Assembly: GCA_963844715.1 (NCBI GenBank)
Contig: CAWJPJ010000007.1
Coordinates: 1,120,001 to 1,184,000, forward strand
From: an uncultured Phycisphaerales bacterium
Lineage (GTDB): Bacteria; Planctomycetota; Phycisphaerae; Tepidisphaerales; Tepidisphaeraceae
Length of the DNA: 64,000 nt
Reading direction: 5' to 3'
The notes beneath the pieces are model-generated. The model saw nothing but the letters and a program-made list of their open reading frames with translations, ran no database searches and had not been told where the DNA came from. How positions within the stretch are numbered: position 1 is the first letter of the stretch; the number at the start of each line of letters is the position of its first letter. This document shows, in pieces, positions 63,367 to 64,000 of the stretch. Position numbers and translations under genes: made by a program.

Positions 63367-63948
63367 ATGCTGCTGAATCTGGTGCAGGTGGTTTACTGGC
63401 TCGCCTTGTCGACGTGGTTTGGCGGGGTTTTGTTTATTGCCGCCGCCGCGCCGGTCATCTTCAAAACGGTGAAGGAATCGGATCCACTTCTTCCGACCGT
63501 GCTGAGCGTCAATCTTGAAGGGCAGCACGGGACGCTTCTTGCCGGAACGATCATCGGAAATCTGATCACGATGCTGTCTCGCGTGGAACTGGTTTGCGCG
63601 GGGGTATTGCTTTTGTGCATCGGGGCGCAGTGGCTGCTGATCGATCTGAACAATCCGTGGAATTTCGCGTCGACGGCGGTGAGATCGGGTTTGTATCTGG
63701 CGGCGACGGGGATCGTGCTATACGACTGGCGGCTGCTTTGGCCCAAGATTTGGCGGGCGCGAGAGCAATTTATCGAACATGCGGACGATCCTGAGATCGC
63801 CAACCCGGCCCGCGAGCTGTTTCACAAATTGCAGAGGCAGAGCGTGACCCTGCTGACGCTATTGACGTTTTTGCTTTTGGGAATGATTCTGTTCAGCGCC
63901 GCGGTTCACCAGACGACGATCGTCTTTTCGCCCGGCCGCGGGGGGTAA
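63367..63948 (+). CDS. Four-TM membrane protein (DUF4149/TMEM205-like)
   Basis: LSTWFGGVLF..APVIF, FHKLQRQS. Confidence 0.65.
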   Translation: MLLNLVQVVYWLALSTWFGGVLFIAAAAPVIFKTVKESDPLLPTVLSVNLEGQHGTLLAGTIIGNLITMLSRVELVCAGVLLLCIGAQWLLIDLNNPWNFASTAVRSGLYLAATGIVLYDWRLLWPKIWRAREQFIEHADDPEIANPARELFHKLQRQSVTLLTLLTFLLLGMILFSAAVHQTTIVFSPGRGG

Positions 63949-64000
63949 GGGGATTTAATGCCGACCGCAAGCGAAAAAATAATCGAAGAGCGAAAAAAAC

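Noticed and set aside
63958..64000. Start of a further ORF (MPTASEKIIEERKK)
   Set aside because: Too short at the window edge to assign

Overview
High-GC bacterial chromosomal segment. Gene content and protein style suggest a Planctomycetota, possibly Phycisphaerae-like, organism (inference). Most of it is housekeeping: lpdA, cysteine desulfurase, thyX, xerC, lysC/apgM/hom, yidC-mnmE-mutS, mutL, ilvD, trpBA and moaDE. About half the long genes carry 1-nt frameshifts, best explained as uncorrected long-read indel errors, so coordinates of joined genes are approximate. Accessory elements: an intact IS5-family element inserted at the CTAG end of a palindromic MITE-like element; an island between mutS and the mutL operon (Sel1 protein, RHH/PIN toxin-antitoxin pair, PD-(D/E)XK-like protein); an MNT-HEPN pair; and an orphan HigA-like antitoxin. 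The most notable observations are: (1) a compact type VII secretion-like operon (three WXG100-like genes, one with a possible immunity domain, plus a ~1330-aa membrane FtsK/EssC-like ATPase) with no other T7SS core genes in view; (2) three synonymously recoded copies of the last 17 codons of mutS in tandem, separated by short-period repeats, with a similar duplicated-gene-end pattern at other loci; (3) several families of dispersed structured repeats, including a ~140-nt element in three copies; (4) a very strong C-rich to G-rich strand-skew switch inside mutL.
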